Source: Marsupella aquatica (Eukaryota; Plantae; Marchantiophyta). Taken from it: a stretch of DNA of 64,000 nucleotides. Position numbers and translations under genes: made by a program. This document shows positions 14,301 through 28,600 of this stretch, in pieces. Numbering within the stretch: position 1 is the first letter of the stretch; each line of letters opens with the position of its first letter. The notes beneath the pieces were generated by a model. That model searched no databases, was not told the origin of the DNA, and worked only from the letters and a program-made list of their open reading frames with translations. The stretch spans positions 15,097,037-15,161,036 of the forward strand of contig OZ316891.1 of assembly GCA_973895155.1 (NCBI GenBank), given 5' to 3'.

Positions 14301-15921
14301 GACTCCAGTGAGGTACCTTTCTGGCCAAAAGGACATTTTCAAGCCAAACCATTTCCATCGTGATACATCAAGTGACTCGAGTGAGGTACCTTTCTGGCCA
14401 AAAGGACATTTTCAAGGTCACACCAGACTTGGTATTCTACTTTTTGAACCTTCAGTTCATTCGAGTTCAAATTCTCTGCGCTCTAGTAGGTGCCCCGTCA
14501 CTTAAAACGAAGTTCTGGATTCATATACCGGTGTCCGTTTATTGCCACTGACGGAGCTTGAATAACAGTTGAACATGCATGTTGGTTTGCGACGAGATAT
14601 GGGCAGAGCGTTACTCCTCTTGAAGCTTCCATGAACCTTTGGTTGGACTGTTGTAATTGTACAGTAAAGATGGTTGTCGGTGATTGAGATATGGAAGGGC
14701 TGAGATTGCAAGAATTTGTGTCCCTGTAGATGCCGGCAACAGAAAATGTTTGTCATAGGTCAAGTATTTTTCAGGCTGTCCATTACCGCCACAGTTCTGG
14801 ACACTGTTGACCATCTGAGTTGAGAAGAATCGCTTGCTGAGGGGTCTTTACCGTAGACGATTCCAAGCACAGTGCCTTCAGTGCGTGGACACCACGCCGC
14901 ATGCTCCTAGTTGTCCTAATACAGCTTTCAATCCGGAACTTATATTCAGGAGTGAAGATTGAAAAGATGACTGGTGGCACCAGAAGAAAATTTGGTTCTA
15001 CTCTTCCAGTTGTCCATGGGGTTTCTAGTCCATTGATTCACGTCGTGTGAAATAATGTCTTCCCAAGAGAAACGTGGGATCAGTAACCCTGTGATTGTGA
15101 AGTTCTCCTGCCTCTATATCATTCGTTGAGTGGCACTAACCTTTCTGATTCCTTAAAGAGCTCTAGAAAACTTACAGAGTCTGCTCAGTTTTTATACTTC
15201 TGTCCAGATGTGAACTAAGAGTCCATGTAACAATTAACCAGCTGGCAAAACAATGGTTCTTACACCGAATATAAATGCTCACATAAAGCTACAATGCTAT
15301 TGCTGCAGGTTATCTGCCATGCCCAGATCGGCAGTGATGATAGTGGCGCAGGGGCTGATGATCATCGGGCACTTATTTTTTGCCGCAGGGATTCCAGGCT
15401 CCTTACTGATTGGGTCACTTTTGCTGGGTACCTCTTATGGTGTGCACTACACAATTATGGTTCCCACAGCATCTGAACTATTTGGGTTGCGTGACTTTGG
15501 CATGATCTACAATTTCATTACCATGGGAGCTCCGTTTTCCTCCCTCTTGTTCTCTGGGGTAATTGCTGGCTATTTCTACGATAAAGAGGCAGCGAAAGAG
15601 TTCCCAGGAAAGGGTGCAGCATGCCTGGGATCTCATTGCTATCGGGTCACATTTCTCATCATGGCTGGGGTTTGTTTGCTGGGGTTGCTGGCCAATGTCC
15701 TTTTGACTCTTAGAATCGGTCCAGTGTATCAATCGTTGTATGGAGCAGCAGTTGTGATTTCTCGTCGAAACTCCCAGCAGGCTTTACCTTCTGCAAGTAG
15801 GAAACAATCTCATAGTTCTCCCAAGAGTATTGATGGTGGCAATAGTTCGTACCAAACTTTAGCTTCTTCATACCAGGAGGAATCTTACAATTCTCCTACA
15901 AGTGACGGGGGTATTCACTAG
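11306..15921 (+). CDS. Nodulin-like / NFD4-like major facilitator superfamily transporter; exons 11306-11635, 12795-13786, 15309-15921 (644 aa)
   Basis: Nodulin-like N-terminal motifs (QLNNIGVAKDFGDNVG, WYNTAVLVTSMRNFPKSRGNVVGIVKGFIGLSGA) and MFS C-half motifs (PRRGEDFTLTQAFVKADFWLLF, NNLGQIG, NFLGRLGGG, VPTASELFGL, CLGSHCY). Splice sites are canonical and phase-compatible: CTT|GTAAG..CCAG|ATG (phase 0) and AG|GTGAG..GCAG|G (phase 2). The joined CDS is 1935 nt and ends in TAG. Confidence 0.93.
14269..14416. repeat. About 73-bp tandem duplication in MFS intron 2
   Basis: CATTTCCATCGTGATACATCAAGTGACTC.AGTGAGGTACCTTTCTGGCCAAAAGGACATTTTCAAG occurs twice. Confidence 0.85.
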
Positions 15922-18705
15922 CATCTTGGTTCATTTTCCACAGCTATCTTCTTCTGCGCAGAGACCCATCTACAGGTGACCCTTTTCGAAGCTGGAGGTG
16001 ATGTAGTATGCTCGTCAATAACATCCCGCCTTTATGAGGGAGAAGTGAAGGGACCCATGACTGAGCTGGATAAGCTGGACCAGTCACTCGAAGGGGCTCT
16101 ATCTGCCTGCATGAGTAGGCCCGGCACTCTCCGTTGGCTACGGACTTGATGGAAATATGTTCCCAGCAGAGAGAACCCTCTGTTCCTGTTGATTTTAGAG
16201 AGTTTTTGTTCGCGCTCGTCTTGGTCTCTCCCAAAGGAACAGGAGGGAAGTTTTCTTGTAGCATAAATCAGACTGGTGCCACCTCCCACAACTTAAGATT
16301 TACAATCGTAAATTCAGTTTCAATGTTGAGTTTTCTTGTAGCATAGATCATGATCTCCAGGAGTATCAGTAACCATGTGCAGTACACCTTATCCCACTTG
16401 CAACGGTTGGCAGTGAATAGATTTTACTGCAGGGCTGCTGCATTGATTTAATGGAGCACTAGAATTGAAGGAGCACCAGACCGTGAGATTCCTGATATCG
16501 TATTCAAAAAGCTCGTATTGGCGTCACACTGGAATTGTTTCTAGTGCAATCGTGTGCTGTGCAAAGGACTGAAAGTTCCCCCGTCTTATTTTTTAAAACG
16601 GGATGATCGCGGAAGTTCATTAATTTTATTCTACTGGAGGACAGAAGATTTGTCCTAGTGGCTAGTAATGGCATTTAGGAGAATGATGCAGCATAAGTCT
16701 TCAGGGATAGGGTACCATGTCTTATGAATTTGCTAAAAGTGATTCGAGTCCTAATTTACAACTGACAGGAGTGTTCTTTGGCGACTTAGTGGCTCCAATT
16801 GTTCTTTAATAGCTTTGATTATACAGGCATCTTTCAAATTTGTTTACTTCGGATGCGATCTCCAGCCTCTTGTGTGAGTCGCCACTGATCTACCACACTC
16901 ATAAGGAGAAACAAGAATTGGCAATTCGAAGAGAGGAAAAAGCGGGGGTGACGGTGGGTCTTGGTGCACGAAATGAGTTGTGCCCTCTACTCCCGGTGGG
17001 CTTGTTTAGTGATTACAGTAGGATATGTTCGATTTTATAGCTATTTGCTTCTTCCCAACAGTCTTTGTCGCCTCATTCAATTGTTCATATTCTAGGTAGC
17101 CCCAAGCACCCACGTACGTTTCATCGGGGTGCTGGGGGTGTGGTACTGTGTGTAAGCATATCCAGGTCCAAAGTTTGTGGGGGAGGTGGCTCCATCCTCA
17201 GGATTGAGCTTCAAGGCTTACTATTTTTTCCCTTGGTTTTATCTTCCCACTATTATTTGAGGACTTGAACAGTAGGACCTGGTCTTGTAGAACTTCACGG
17301 TTCCTATGAAATCTCCGCAGGACACTTCTTGTGGCATATCAGCAAGTCACACCCAATAAGTTAAGCTGAATTCATAAGCTACATTCTCCTACTTCATCAG
17401 GCAATACGAGGTGTAAGGTGAAGCTTTACTTTTTCCCTTGCTCGGTGTAGACACTACCTCCGGAACAACCACGCACATGGCTGAATTGCAAACGATTACT
17501 CTAAGTGTGCACCAAACAGTTTTGTTCCAACTATTTAGAGTGTTCTGCTCTCCGCCTTTCCATCAAATCCAGAACCTGGAAATCAAACTTGCTCACACAA
17601 GATTTATGGGCTTTCACTAGAATTCTGAGCAATAAAATCAATGACTGAATCTGGATTTGCTGGAAATTTGCTGGATGACTGAATTTCTTTCTGTAACTTG
17701 TTCACTAACTAAGCCTAACTTGATAAATAGGGGCATTGCCAGGGTTGGTCTTTGCATATAAGATCATTAGTATTTATGGTTCACTCTTGTTTTCCCAAGT
17801 TAGCTACTGGAGTGAGGGCTCTAGAGTTTTTGACACTACTATATGGAGCATATCTGCTTTGATTACCAAAGGTCATTTTTGGATATTATTCAAATAATAA
17901 TTAATATTGGCATATGAGGCTTGTCTTCTTTGTTTTTCTTTCCATTTTCAAATTAATCAAATCTCCAAATATGTTTTTCATTGTCTCATTCTGTGAGTAC
18001 CCTCCATTAAGCTTTTTTCAATTAAATTTCTCATTTTCATTTTTGCCCATTTCCAGGCCCTCCCCTTCCGGTCATTGTGTGAATGGATGCTGGTTTCTTT
18101 ACATAAATACTCTTCAAGAAAAGATTTAAAATTTATAGAATATAAAAACAATTGGGAAGAAAACATCTAAAAAGTAGGGGTATATAGGGTTAGCAGATTG
18201 AAAGTCCCATGAGGCATGGGAGCACAAAAATTGATTCACTTAAGCTTTTGTACAATCAAGACAAGTCTGTGTCAATCCATAGAATTGAAGCACCTTTTTA
18301 TAGTAATGAAGCATCAATGTGTCTTGTTTCACATGATAACAATGGATCCAGTTACCTCTGCTTTAATGTGTAACATCATGTCTTGATAGGTGTAAGACAC
18401 TCAAAACAAAGCGTTTGACTAGCATCGAGCCTAGTACCTAATTTCTATTTCAATAAGAAATGTACTTGATTCACACCTAAGCTTAGACCCCGATATGATA
18501 TCATAGACCATGGAGTTTTTATGGGATGTGCAAATGTTGATGATAACAACAAGTAAACTTAAAAAATTGGATGAAAATTCAACTAAATGGTCGGATACAA
18601 CACAATCTTTCCCCAATCGCAAGAAAAAATCAAGCCAGGACTGGATTAGGTTTTGACAACCATTGGCTTGAGTGTGGAGTTGATTGAGGAACATCAACCT
18701 GAAAA

Positions 18706-20729
18706 ATGGCCCTGAAGGGAGCTGCACTGCAAAATTATAACACGGAACTTATACATCGTAATCTCCACCTCCTTCTATTGAACCTTTGATCCGTAGCTTT
18801 AAACATCTGCCCTCCAGAGTTTTTGAATTGCAAGTCTTGTCACTCTCATTGAATTGGTCTAGTACATATAGGTTATGTCACACATTAGTTGAAACATCAG
18901 CTTTTATTTATGGTAGAAAAAATCTTCTCTGACTCAAAAAAAATGTGTAATATCAGGTAAACTAGAGGCCATGCTAGGTTTCCATCAATCAAAGAAGACT
19001 GTCAATTGTAAGGATAAAGAGAATCCGCCTAAGTTTCTACTTAGAATTCTATTATAGTTACATTGATCAAATATCAGATAGAGAAGATGAACAATTAAAG
19101 AAGCATGCTCTTGCCTCTATCCTCAATAATGGCTACATATTAAGTATAGCTACACTAGATTTTCTTTTAAGGTTTGAGACTACTGATTCCATTGATCAAT
19201 TTTGTTAAGACCAACAAATTGGAGAGAAGGATTGTAAAAACTTATATGTCCATTTCCATGCAGGTCTTTCTTTGGTCCACATAACCAAACCTGGATAGTG
19301 AGTCCTATGTATGTGCATGTGAGTCAGTTCCACATAGAACGAATAGCTCTACAGTACTTCAGCCTTGAAGTTAATTTGCTTGTTTAATTATTTAAAATTT
19401 GTCCTAGTCTTAGTACCTACACTTGCCAGATTGTTGAAACCTTCAACTCAGATGAATAATGTATTCCTATTCATATGAGGTATGTGTACTTTCTTACTAG
19501 AATATTAAGCAAACTAGATGAACCGTGGGATGAACAATTTACTGAAACGCCCTAGAATTAGGGTCACCTGAATAATTGCTTAAAAGTTGTACTCTTTATG
19601 ATCCACGTAAATTTCATGTGTTGCCTATGCAAGCCTATGCAATCCAGACGTACAATACTTAGAGTTTATTTCATGTTTCAAGTATCATCACTACAAGAGG
19701 TTACTTGATTTTATTTTCCAACAAGAATTAGTTTTGCTATACAAGAGTAAAATCAAAATCAATTGAAGTCAAAGACATTCAAAATCACTACTGTTTATAC
19801 TAGCTACTGCAGACAAAGTCATCCCATAAGAATGAAATCAACGTTTGACGTCAATCACAAATATATGCCAATGTCGTTGATCTATTTTCACTGCATACAA
19901 TATTCAGAATGCCTTTAACTCTTGCTAGTCAAAAGTCATACGCTACTAGAGCCACTACAAAAGCACTTGGTGCCACAGTCTACAACAAAAATGTGCTAAG
20001 GACTGGATGGAATGGTGAGTTTGAGCACATATGGAGCAAACCATTGAAAAAAAAATGTATTCTGAAATCCTCACAAACTTTGTACTCTACACAAATAAGC
20101 GTAGTGCAGGAATTGAAGAGCTAAGGGAGAAGAGGGATGAAATCAAGAAAATTTTACAAGTGGAGGAAGAGGAGAAAGCCAATATCCAAAAAGATTTGGT
20201 GGTTCTGACGAAGAGGTTAGCGGAAATTGATGACAGTCTCTCGCGAAAATATGCTTACACAAATGAGTATGACAAGACCATCCATGAAGTAGAGACAGCC
20301 TACTCAAAAGTGAGCTATGAAGCTTTCCAAAGTGTTAAGCAAATTTGTTTTCTAGAGAACTGACAATAAAATATCTTGCACAGGCAAACTTGTTAAGTGC
20401 CCTTCATGCATGGTAGATCTAAACTTTGTTCAATATGGCTTCAGTTCATTCAGATCTCACTCGCTTCTCTTAAAAATACTTGCATACATTATCAAGTTTT
20501 GACCCATGATATTATCTTGACATTAAACATAATAATCTCTATAGGGCGTCAAATTTGATTAGTGTTTAGGATATGATTTTCCTGAACAAATGACATGATA
20601 GTGTTCATTCCTTACGTGATGATCTTAATGGCTTGTCTTTGTGGATCAAATGTGCAGATACTGGAAAGTTCACAAGCTCTACTACATGTGCTAAAAAGTG
20701 AAACAATATCAATTACCAATAAAAGATAG
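18706..20729 (+). CDS. SSNA1: SSNA1/DIP13/NA14 microtubule-associated coiled-coil protein; exons 18706-18757, 20110-20309, 20658-20729 (107 aa)
   Basis: The joined translation MALKGAALQNYNTELIHRIEELREKRDEIKKILQVEEEEKANIQKDLVVLTKRLAEIDDSLSRKYAYTNEYDKTIHEVETAYSKILESSQALLHVLKSETISITNKR* follows the DIP13/NA14 pattern (GAALQNYN.EL..IEELR.KR...EYDK.I.E.E.AY.KILESSQ.LL.VLK). Both introns are GT-AG, phase 1 and phase 0. Confidence 0.92.
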
Positions 20730-21939
20730 TTCTACCCAGTTGAACTAATACGAAACAAATTATTTTGTGTGTTGTGTTGATTTCCAATTGAATGGAGAAG
20801 TATTCATGACAAGCTTCTTGTTTAGGATAAGTGTATTACATCTCCCATGACTGCCACATTTCAATGACTAGCTTGAGACCACCATATAAATTTGGGGAGC
20901 AAAGCAATTGCTTTGTGGGTTCAGCATCCATCAATTGCCCCAGGGCTAACAAAGCGCAATAAAATGATCTTGTGGGTCCAGATCATCACTGTTGAATCGG
21001 AAACACACTTTATTATGTAGCTTGAGTGTTGCCATTTAACTTGTACTACAACACCTAAATGTAACAAATTACATATGTGCCACACCTTTTTTAATTGATA
21101 AAAAATTCACACTGTTAGTATGAAAGTGCCATATTTTACTCGACCAGAAACACTAAGAGGTGGGAAAATGAAATTAAACAAAGGGGATAACTAGTTCCTT
21201 TTTGACATCTTGAGAAGGCAGTGTACTACTAAAAAGCTGAAATTTAACAGACTTGGTGTCTGATATTGGGTAGCCTCCTTGGACTTGAATGTTTTTCCCA
21301 AAGTGAGATTCACTCCGGTATTTTTACCTTATTGATGGACATTTTCAAACCAACCTCACTACAGCACCTTAGATTTTACTTGCGTAGGAATGATTGGGAA
21401 GCTTTTTGCAAGGAATTTGATTCACCCGTGCATTGGAATGAATTTACTGTCTTATTAAATGAATAATCAAATACTCTTGAGTGATGCACTAAGATCATAA
21501 TCTAATTTGGAATAAAATTACACATTGGGGTCCGTTAGCCGACCGACTTAAATTAGTCACTTCAAATTGGTTGACGACATTCATAGAAACTATTCAATGA
21601 TAGGCTAAGTATAGCCAAAGGATATCTAGAATCAAGAGGGGTAATTTTACAAGCGGAGCAGATAAAGAGTTATTTTTTTGCTTATTTTATTGAAGGAGGA
21701 AAAATAAAGAACAAACTTTTGAGCTTTTTGTGCATTTTTTTTATACAGGATAAAGGATTACTTAATGTATGCATAAAATAAATATTTTTTTCAATTTTTT
21801 GATTTGATGTTTACCAATTTTTCATTTTGCCTATTCTCAGGCTTCAGCATTTAAGACTGGGACCGGGCTCTTTTGGTCATTTGGGCTGTCCATAGTGCTC
21901 AAGAATTTTTAGCTGAAAACAAATAGTAGGAAACAAGTG

Positions 21940-22932
21940 CAGATATATGCTTGATGGGCCCTTTGGTGGAACTTTCTTACCTGATGGGCCCCTCCAAAAC
22001 TTTTCTTATCTAATAGGCCCCTACAAAACTTTTTTAATCTAATAGGCCCCTCTTAATGAGCTGTACCCAGTGTTCTTATGAGATGCCAAACTGTGTAGTT
22101 GACCACAACAAGCCCTGTGTTACACACATTGTATTTATGTTCGGCCCACCACAGTCCACGCCATAGTGAACGGTGCTCCCAACCGAGCGGCCAACAACAC
22201 AGTCGACACAAGGTTCTAAATAGAGGGGGGGGTAGCCATGAAGACATTGTATTATGTATTCGTGTGGTGTGAGGGCTTTAAGGTTTTGCCGCTACTTGAA
22301 AATCAATGCTCTTTGATTCTTTGTGTTGTGGGAGGGAAGCACTCAGGTTTTGTCAATGTTTGGGCTTTTGTTGATGCTCGATATATGCTCGGGTTTTGTC
22401 AATACCTTCAGGTTGTTGGTTAAAGCCCAGTGCCCAATGCCTAGTGACAAAAAAGTGCTAGTGGAAGTACCAGGATCATAACGACCGCAGATGCATGTCC
22501 TCCAAACGGTTGTCAAGAAAACCCTATGTGGAGCACATGAAATTCAAATTGGAAGATATAATACATATTGTCTTCACTTTGCAGTTTGTGTAGCGTTTAC
22601 AGTTCAAATCCAAAGACATAATCCATATTGTCTTCATTTTGCAAGTTGGGTAGCAGCAGCCGCAATTCTATGGTTCCCCTAGCTGAGTCTGGGGCCGTGT
22701 CGTTTGACCTTTGTGTTTGACCGTGCCCGGACCGTGCAAGGTTGAGTGCAGGGTTTGATGCTGCAGTTCGCCTTACAATAATTATTGACCACAGTTTTTT
22801 GAAACGTAGTTGGTCATTGTATCAAGCAAAATTTGGTGAGTGGGACTCCTAGAAGAACAACTGACGCAAAAGTGTAGCAGGGGGCCTATTAGGTAAAAAA
22901 CATTTATAGAGGGCCCATCAAGCATATACCTC
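21940..22932. mobile_element. Non-autonomous Mutator-like element (about 1 kb)
   Basis: TIR (C/G)AG(A/G)TATATGCTTGATGGGCCC with reiterated GGCCCC subterminal motifs; 10-bp TSD GAAACAAGTG / AAAACAAGTG. Confidence 0.72.
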
Positions 22933-23419
22933 AAAACAAGTGCAATCCAAGAAAAGTTGTTTATGACCAAATTTTCAATACTTCCAGGAATTAGAATGGG
23001 ACGTGGTAACAGCTAAAACATAAGTATGTACTTTTTATAGCTAAAGTAGGGCATGTGAGAGAATTTCTTGAGATGTTTCTAGTGATACTAAGAGGGTAAG
23101 CAAAGAAGTTATAGACCTTCAATCCAAAGTTTACTGGAATAGTTGCTTGTACAAGGTAGCAAAACTATCTCCAAAAGAGCCAGCTAATTCCTGTGCTTCT
23201 TACATCCAAATAGATGCTTTAATGTAACATTCATAAGAACATGCCTTCTATGGAAGATAAATAATTAAGTGGTAGATGAAGCCTTGAAGACTGAAATATC
23301 TAATTCCAGTAGGTGGTGTTTAAGGGCACAGTGTGCAATTTTTGGTCTCTAGGATGAGCTAGGTTGACAAAATAACATAAATATATCACTGAGTTTGCTC
23401 ATAGAACTTTGATTTAAAT

Positions 23420-23661
23420 TGCTATGAGGATGACCTCAAAATTTATCTAATAAAGCACAATTGAAGGATAGGGTAAAGGCCTACAATGCTATGATGATGA
23501 CCTCAAAATCTATCTAAAAAAGCACAATTCAAAGTGAGGATAATGGTCTACAATGCTAGGATGATGACCTTAAAATCTATTTACTAAACAGCAATTGAAA
23601 ATTAGATAAAGGACTACAATCTACAGTGAAGCCAGCAGACAGTGAAGCCAGCAGACAGTGA
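23420..23661. repeat. About 67-bp unit x3, followed by a 16-bp duplication
   Basis: TGCTA.GA.GATGACCT.AAAAT.TAT...GCACAATT...CTACAA three times, then ACAGTGAAGCCAGCAG twice. Confidence 0.75.
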
Positions 23662-24844
23662 CTTTAGGGGCGTAGTTACAATTGAGGGCTAAACTAAGAA
23701 TTGACGCAATGATACTCACCCTCTATTTATGAGCAAAACTCAGGCATTAGAGACTATAATACAAGGTTGCGCTTTTTTGTGAAGTGGTTATCATTCAAAT
23801 TTGCAGTGTTAAAAAAAGAATGAATCAATAAACAGAAGACATAACACCAAAGTGAATTAAATATAGCATGGACTTACGACTGGAAACATTTTCACACAAA
23901 AAAGAATCAAATGGTGGCAACAAAAGAGAGGTATTTGCTTGAGCAACATGACATATTTTTTCTTAATGACATATTGGGCGACATGACGTCTTTTTTCTCA
24001 ATGATGTCTTGGCCAACACATCATCTTTTTTTCTCAACCAAATCTTGGCCGACATGACACGAGACACAACATCTTGGCCGACACGACATCTTTTGTGCAA
24101 CATATGGGTATTGAGCTAGTTCAAGTTCCCCTTTTATATGGCTAGTGGTGGTTTAAGATGTGACTCACATGACCAGATTATGATGTCTAGCTGCATGGTT
24201 TGATAAGTGTTAAGGTGTAACTGTAAAGGCTTCACATGAGAGTTTTGTCCCAGAGCCTGCAAGCTGGTAATGAGTGATTTTATTTGGGACAATTCTCAAG
24301 ATGGGAGGCCTTCAATTTGCCCATTGGTGTTTTTTCAAGTTCCTGGGAAAAACATTCCAGGTTTAGTGTCAAGTCAAACAAAGAATGCGGCTTGTATGTG
24401 GATGGCATTCTCTGTGTGCAATGCATTGTGCTCTAAGCCCAATTCTCTCTGACAATTTTTTTGGATAAAGATCTTTCAATCTACATGAAGATATTTGTGA
24501 TTTTCCTCTTTGTACTTTTGAGTACATTAATTCTCCATACATCCTCCCGTCTTTGAGGAGTGAATTATACCAAACACCATAAATGTAGGCAAGATTAATC
24601 AATTGTATATCACAAGATTTGCTTTTAACTTTTTTCTTGTTTTTTGCCAATTACATATCAATCACTTTTTGCATGGCTTAATTATTTATTTCAAAAAATC
24701 AGCCCATTCTTGTGTGTTATAAAACAAAATCAAAGTAAGAGCATTATTGAACGGCCACCCTCTTTTAAGGGCAATATTTCTCATAATGTACTCTAACCAT
24801 GATAATATTCTATTCATTTATGCCTAGAGAAACATAGCTCTCTC

Positions 24845-25026
24845 GTAGTTCACTTGAGTAATCGTAGTTCACTTGAGTAGTGACTCCTAGATATATCCTG
24901 GGTTCACCCAAATGATGTGACGGTCTCTTTGGTAGTTCACTTGAGTAGTGACTCTCATAGATCTTGGGTTGGGTAGTTCACTTGAGTAATGCTCATAGAT
25001 CTTGGGTTCAAATGATGTGACAATCT
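24845..25026. repeat. Irregular tandem array of GTAGTTCACTTGAGTA (4 copies)
   Basis: The exact 16-mer occurs at about 24845, 24864, 24932 and 24973, with partly duplicated linkers. Confidence 0.7.
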
Positions 25027-25638
25027 CTTGTGGGGATCTCTTCCTTTTCTGTGGGGTTTCCCTGGATTTCCCCTTAAAGTTGCTTTTAAAAATTAATTAA
25101 AGAAAATATTTACTTAAGGCCTTTTTGAAATTTCTCCATTATATTTCCCGTGGCCTTGTGAAGAAGTCAAAATTTTGGATCAGCTCAGTATGAAACTAAT
25201 TAAGCTTGTCCTTTATTTTTACTAATTACTAAAATTGAAGAAATATCTTGTGCTAACGAGCAATATGGGCAATTATAACCACTCAAAAGTAGAGCTGAAG
25301 CCCTCGTTTTATGGCGAACTATGGCCCACAATGCCCTCTAAAAACAGGACATTGCTATATTCAAACCAAATCTACTAACTAGAATACAAACGAGACCAGA
25401 TATACACCAACTAGTTGTTGCAACAAATTTTAGCTCATCACATGAAATGACAAAAATGCTCGTCGTTTTGGAGGCTAAGTGATATATTACAGCCGCAAAG
25501 CTACTTTAAGTGTAGCCCGTGGAGCGTCGCAATAAATAAGGGTCGTCTTAGAGTACAATATACAGTTATTCACAATCATGAACATGAACAATCCACAGCT
25601 CCAATAAATTTATGGATGGATGGATCTAATGGAGTAGT

Positions 25639-28600
25639 TCAATATCTCTGAGCTATGCCGGCCAAGTGATAATGGAGGTCTTTCGTGACAGAAACAAAGG
25701 GCATGTGATCTGCTTGCGGTAGACGGATCACCTCCTTGGGCGGATTCAGCTTCACCATCCTCTCCGCACTCGGAAGCCTGATCACCAAGTCTTTCTCGCA
25801 CATGATGAACACTCTCGGCACTGTCCCGTATCTATCAGCAGAGTGATGTAACCTGCCGCTCACCACTTGGTAGCTCATCGGTCCTGGTCGCACCTTCTCA
25901 GCTGCGACTTCCAAATCCTGCATGGCAACCAAGAAAACAAACCCCCTAATAAAACACAGGATTCCCTTTAAGAAACAACGTACGGAGTTTGCCTCAACTA
26001 CCGTGACCGACTCTTAGAACACCAACAAGTATGAAGACACTGAGGTTCGCAATTGCCCACTTTGGTGAGTGTTAAAGCGGGAGAAAGACTTCAATCTCCG
26101 AATTCGGAGTCTTTGCGTTTGCCGATCGCATGTAGAGAGAGCACCCGACAATCAAATCATCAGAACCAACGGAAATTTTATGTCTTTTCGTCAGCACATG
26201 TCCGGCCCGCAGATTGCAAACTGGTTGTCAATCGACTTGTGACCCACTAGGAAACGATGGACATGAACGTCACTGAAGAACGGTAAACAAACCATGCTCC
26301 ACAGAAAACAGAATTTCATGGATTCGCTCGGTCTGATAATTATGACCAGGCTAAAACGAAGGACAAGGTCATTTCATATCCTTCAGTGAAAGTTACCATC
26401 AATCAGTTCCACCTATGGTCCATCACATCTCCCAGATTAAAAATGCAGGCTCATGGATGTAATTCTAATGTGCTACGCCGAGGATTCGAGGTCTATCGCA
26501 TAGGTGTTGTATTTTCAGTTCATTAACGCAGAGGACCCGAAGGCAAAGCTACACTTGTGTCCCTAGCTGAAAGCGAACGGCTTTATGCTTGCGCCTTTGA
26601 TGTACACGAAATCTCTCATGAAGAGATTGTCCTCTACCGCTCTATGCTCCACTGGTTTCAGATGCAGTACAAATTCAGGAACACCACAGGAGCATCAGCG
26701 TGACGCTTTGCGGGGCAATATGTACCGTTCGAAATCTATTCATGCGAAGCTGTGACGAAACCAACCTCTAAGCAATTACGAAAGTACAGTCATGAGCGTA
26801 CCTCAGGGGAACACAGCGAGTAGACTCTATCTTGCAGCGCTTGTCGAGTGAAACAATACGACGTAGGTGGATGGTCCGGCCCCCTTTTGGAATGCAAGAT
26901 GATCCCCAAGTGCTTATCGTGCCTGTTGTTCTTGATCTGCGCAATTACCGGGTGAACGCTTCCACGTGAGTCAAGCGAACCAAGCACTGACTGACGGTTT
27001 ACTGCTCAACATGTGTTCTACACGGCATTGACCACCTTGCAGCAGTCATAATTTCTATGGATGAAATGATGAACCATGGAGCTGCAATTGCGGACGAGCA
27101 AGTTGTTGTTGATGAGACTGCTCCCTCTGCGGAGCGAACTACCAGCACAGCCTAGAATGATTACGAGCGTGGAGCCAGCGGAAGAGAATTGCAGTGCTGT
27201 ACTGTAGCTTCCCATAGAGTAGCTGGCACTCGCCGCCACGGTAGCTCTACTGCGTTGCACGTTTGCTTGGCCCACGTAAACTACCAGAAATCAAAGTGCA
27301 TGGAACTCAATCAGGCTCGCGAATTTGGATGCGAGGAACCAAACAGACCCAGACACTGTCCACGAATTGCAACCTGAGGCTTGCAGGTTAATGTCTCGGT
27401 GAAACTGCTCGACACCGCGAACTACAGAAGCGCAGACACAGATCCCCAAATGAAGACCGAAAAGCCAAAATCGAAAACGACTAAGCACGAAGGATAATAA
27501 TGCGATTTTGGCAGTCTTTCCTTCTTTGGCTCCTTCTGCTAACCAGTACATGGCTCAAATCGAAAGCATCCCTCTGACGCTGTATTACTTGTCTAGCTCA
27601 GTGAGTTTAGCGGCATTATAGCACCTGACACTGACACCGGAGTAGCCAGAACTCATGCGATTCCTAGGACAGCGCAGATCCAAAATTCTGAAAATTCTGC
27701 CAACTGAACCCACGTCAGGAAGTCTGGCGGTAGTGTTTTAAGGACAGTAACCATTTTGAAAGATGATCGTGGAAACTTCCAGAGAGATGGTAGTGATGGA
27801 CAGGATGATATGCTTGGCTTCCCAGCAGCCATGTCTGACACATTTGAAGACGATCCCAACAGAGCATCTCAGGATCAATAATACCTGCCAGTTTGTCAAA
27901 TGACAGCGAGTTTACGTCGTCTTCGCCAGAATGGTGACGTAGTGAAGAACTTTGAAACTGGCTACCATCAACTCAATTCCCTCAACTCGCCCGGATGGTG
28001 CAGTGGAGTGCAGTGCAGGTCTCTGGAGAAACGCGCACGAGTGCATCTCGGCGAAGAATTGCCGCTAATTCGCAATCCCACTGAGCCAGGTCGAAACATT
28101 TGATAGTCTTAAATACAGTCTCATGTGCACCTACGTCAAAGTCTACCGAGTCACCCAGATTGGAAACGTTCCCCATAGCAAGCGATCAGGAACGTAAAAG
28201 GCCAGCTGAAGAGGCGATTCTTCGTAAGATCAAATTAATAGTTTGAAAGGTCCAGACAACTTACTCCTGCTTCCAATGTGCCCATGTCACTGGGTAACAT
28301 GAAAGCTGCAATGTACACGGAGACTGCAATCTGGTTGGAGTAGTTCTCTGTCATGTAAGACACGTTGATCCCACCCATACTGTGCCCCACCAGGATCACC
28401 TGCTCACCAAGATACAACACGCCCCCAGAGTTACAACTCCAATTCTTGACAAGCTTCCAAAACTTTTGATTCATCAGCTTGTGCACAAACAGACTCACAA
28501 TTTTATGCGCACTACGACTGAACTTGGTAAATATGTCTACGAAACTGAAAATTTGATCATACTTTACGGAATTGAAACATATATGAAGCTTACTGGCACT

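Noticed and set aside
18706-18725. miR319-like string (CTGAAGGGAGCT), also near 30002
   Set aside because: The match is partial with no hairpin partner seen, and the first instance lies in the SSNA1 coding exon.
24845-25026. GTAGTTCACTTGAGTA repeats with variable gaps resembling a CRISPR array
   Set aside because: The gaps are irregular in length and duplicate each other, no cas genes are present, and the context is eukaryotic.
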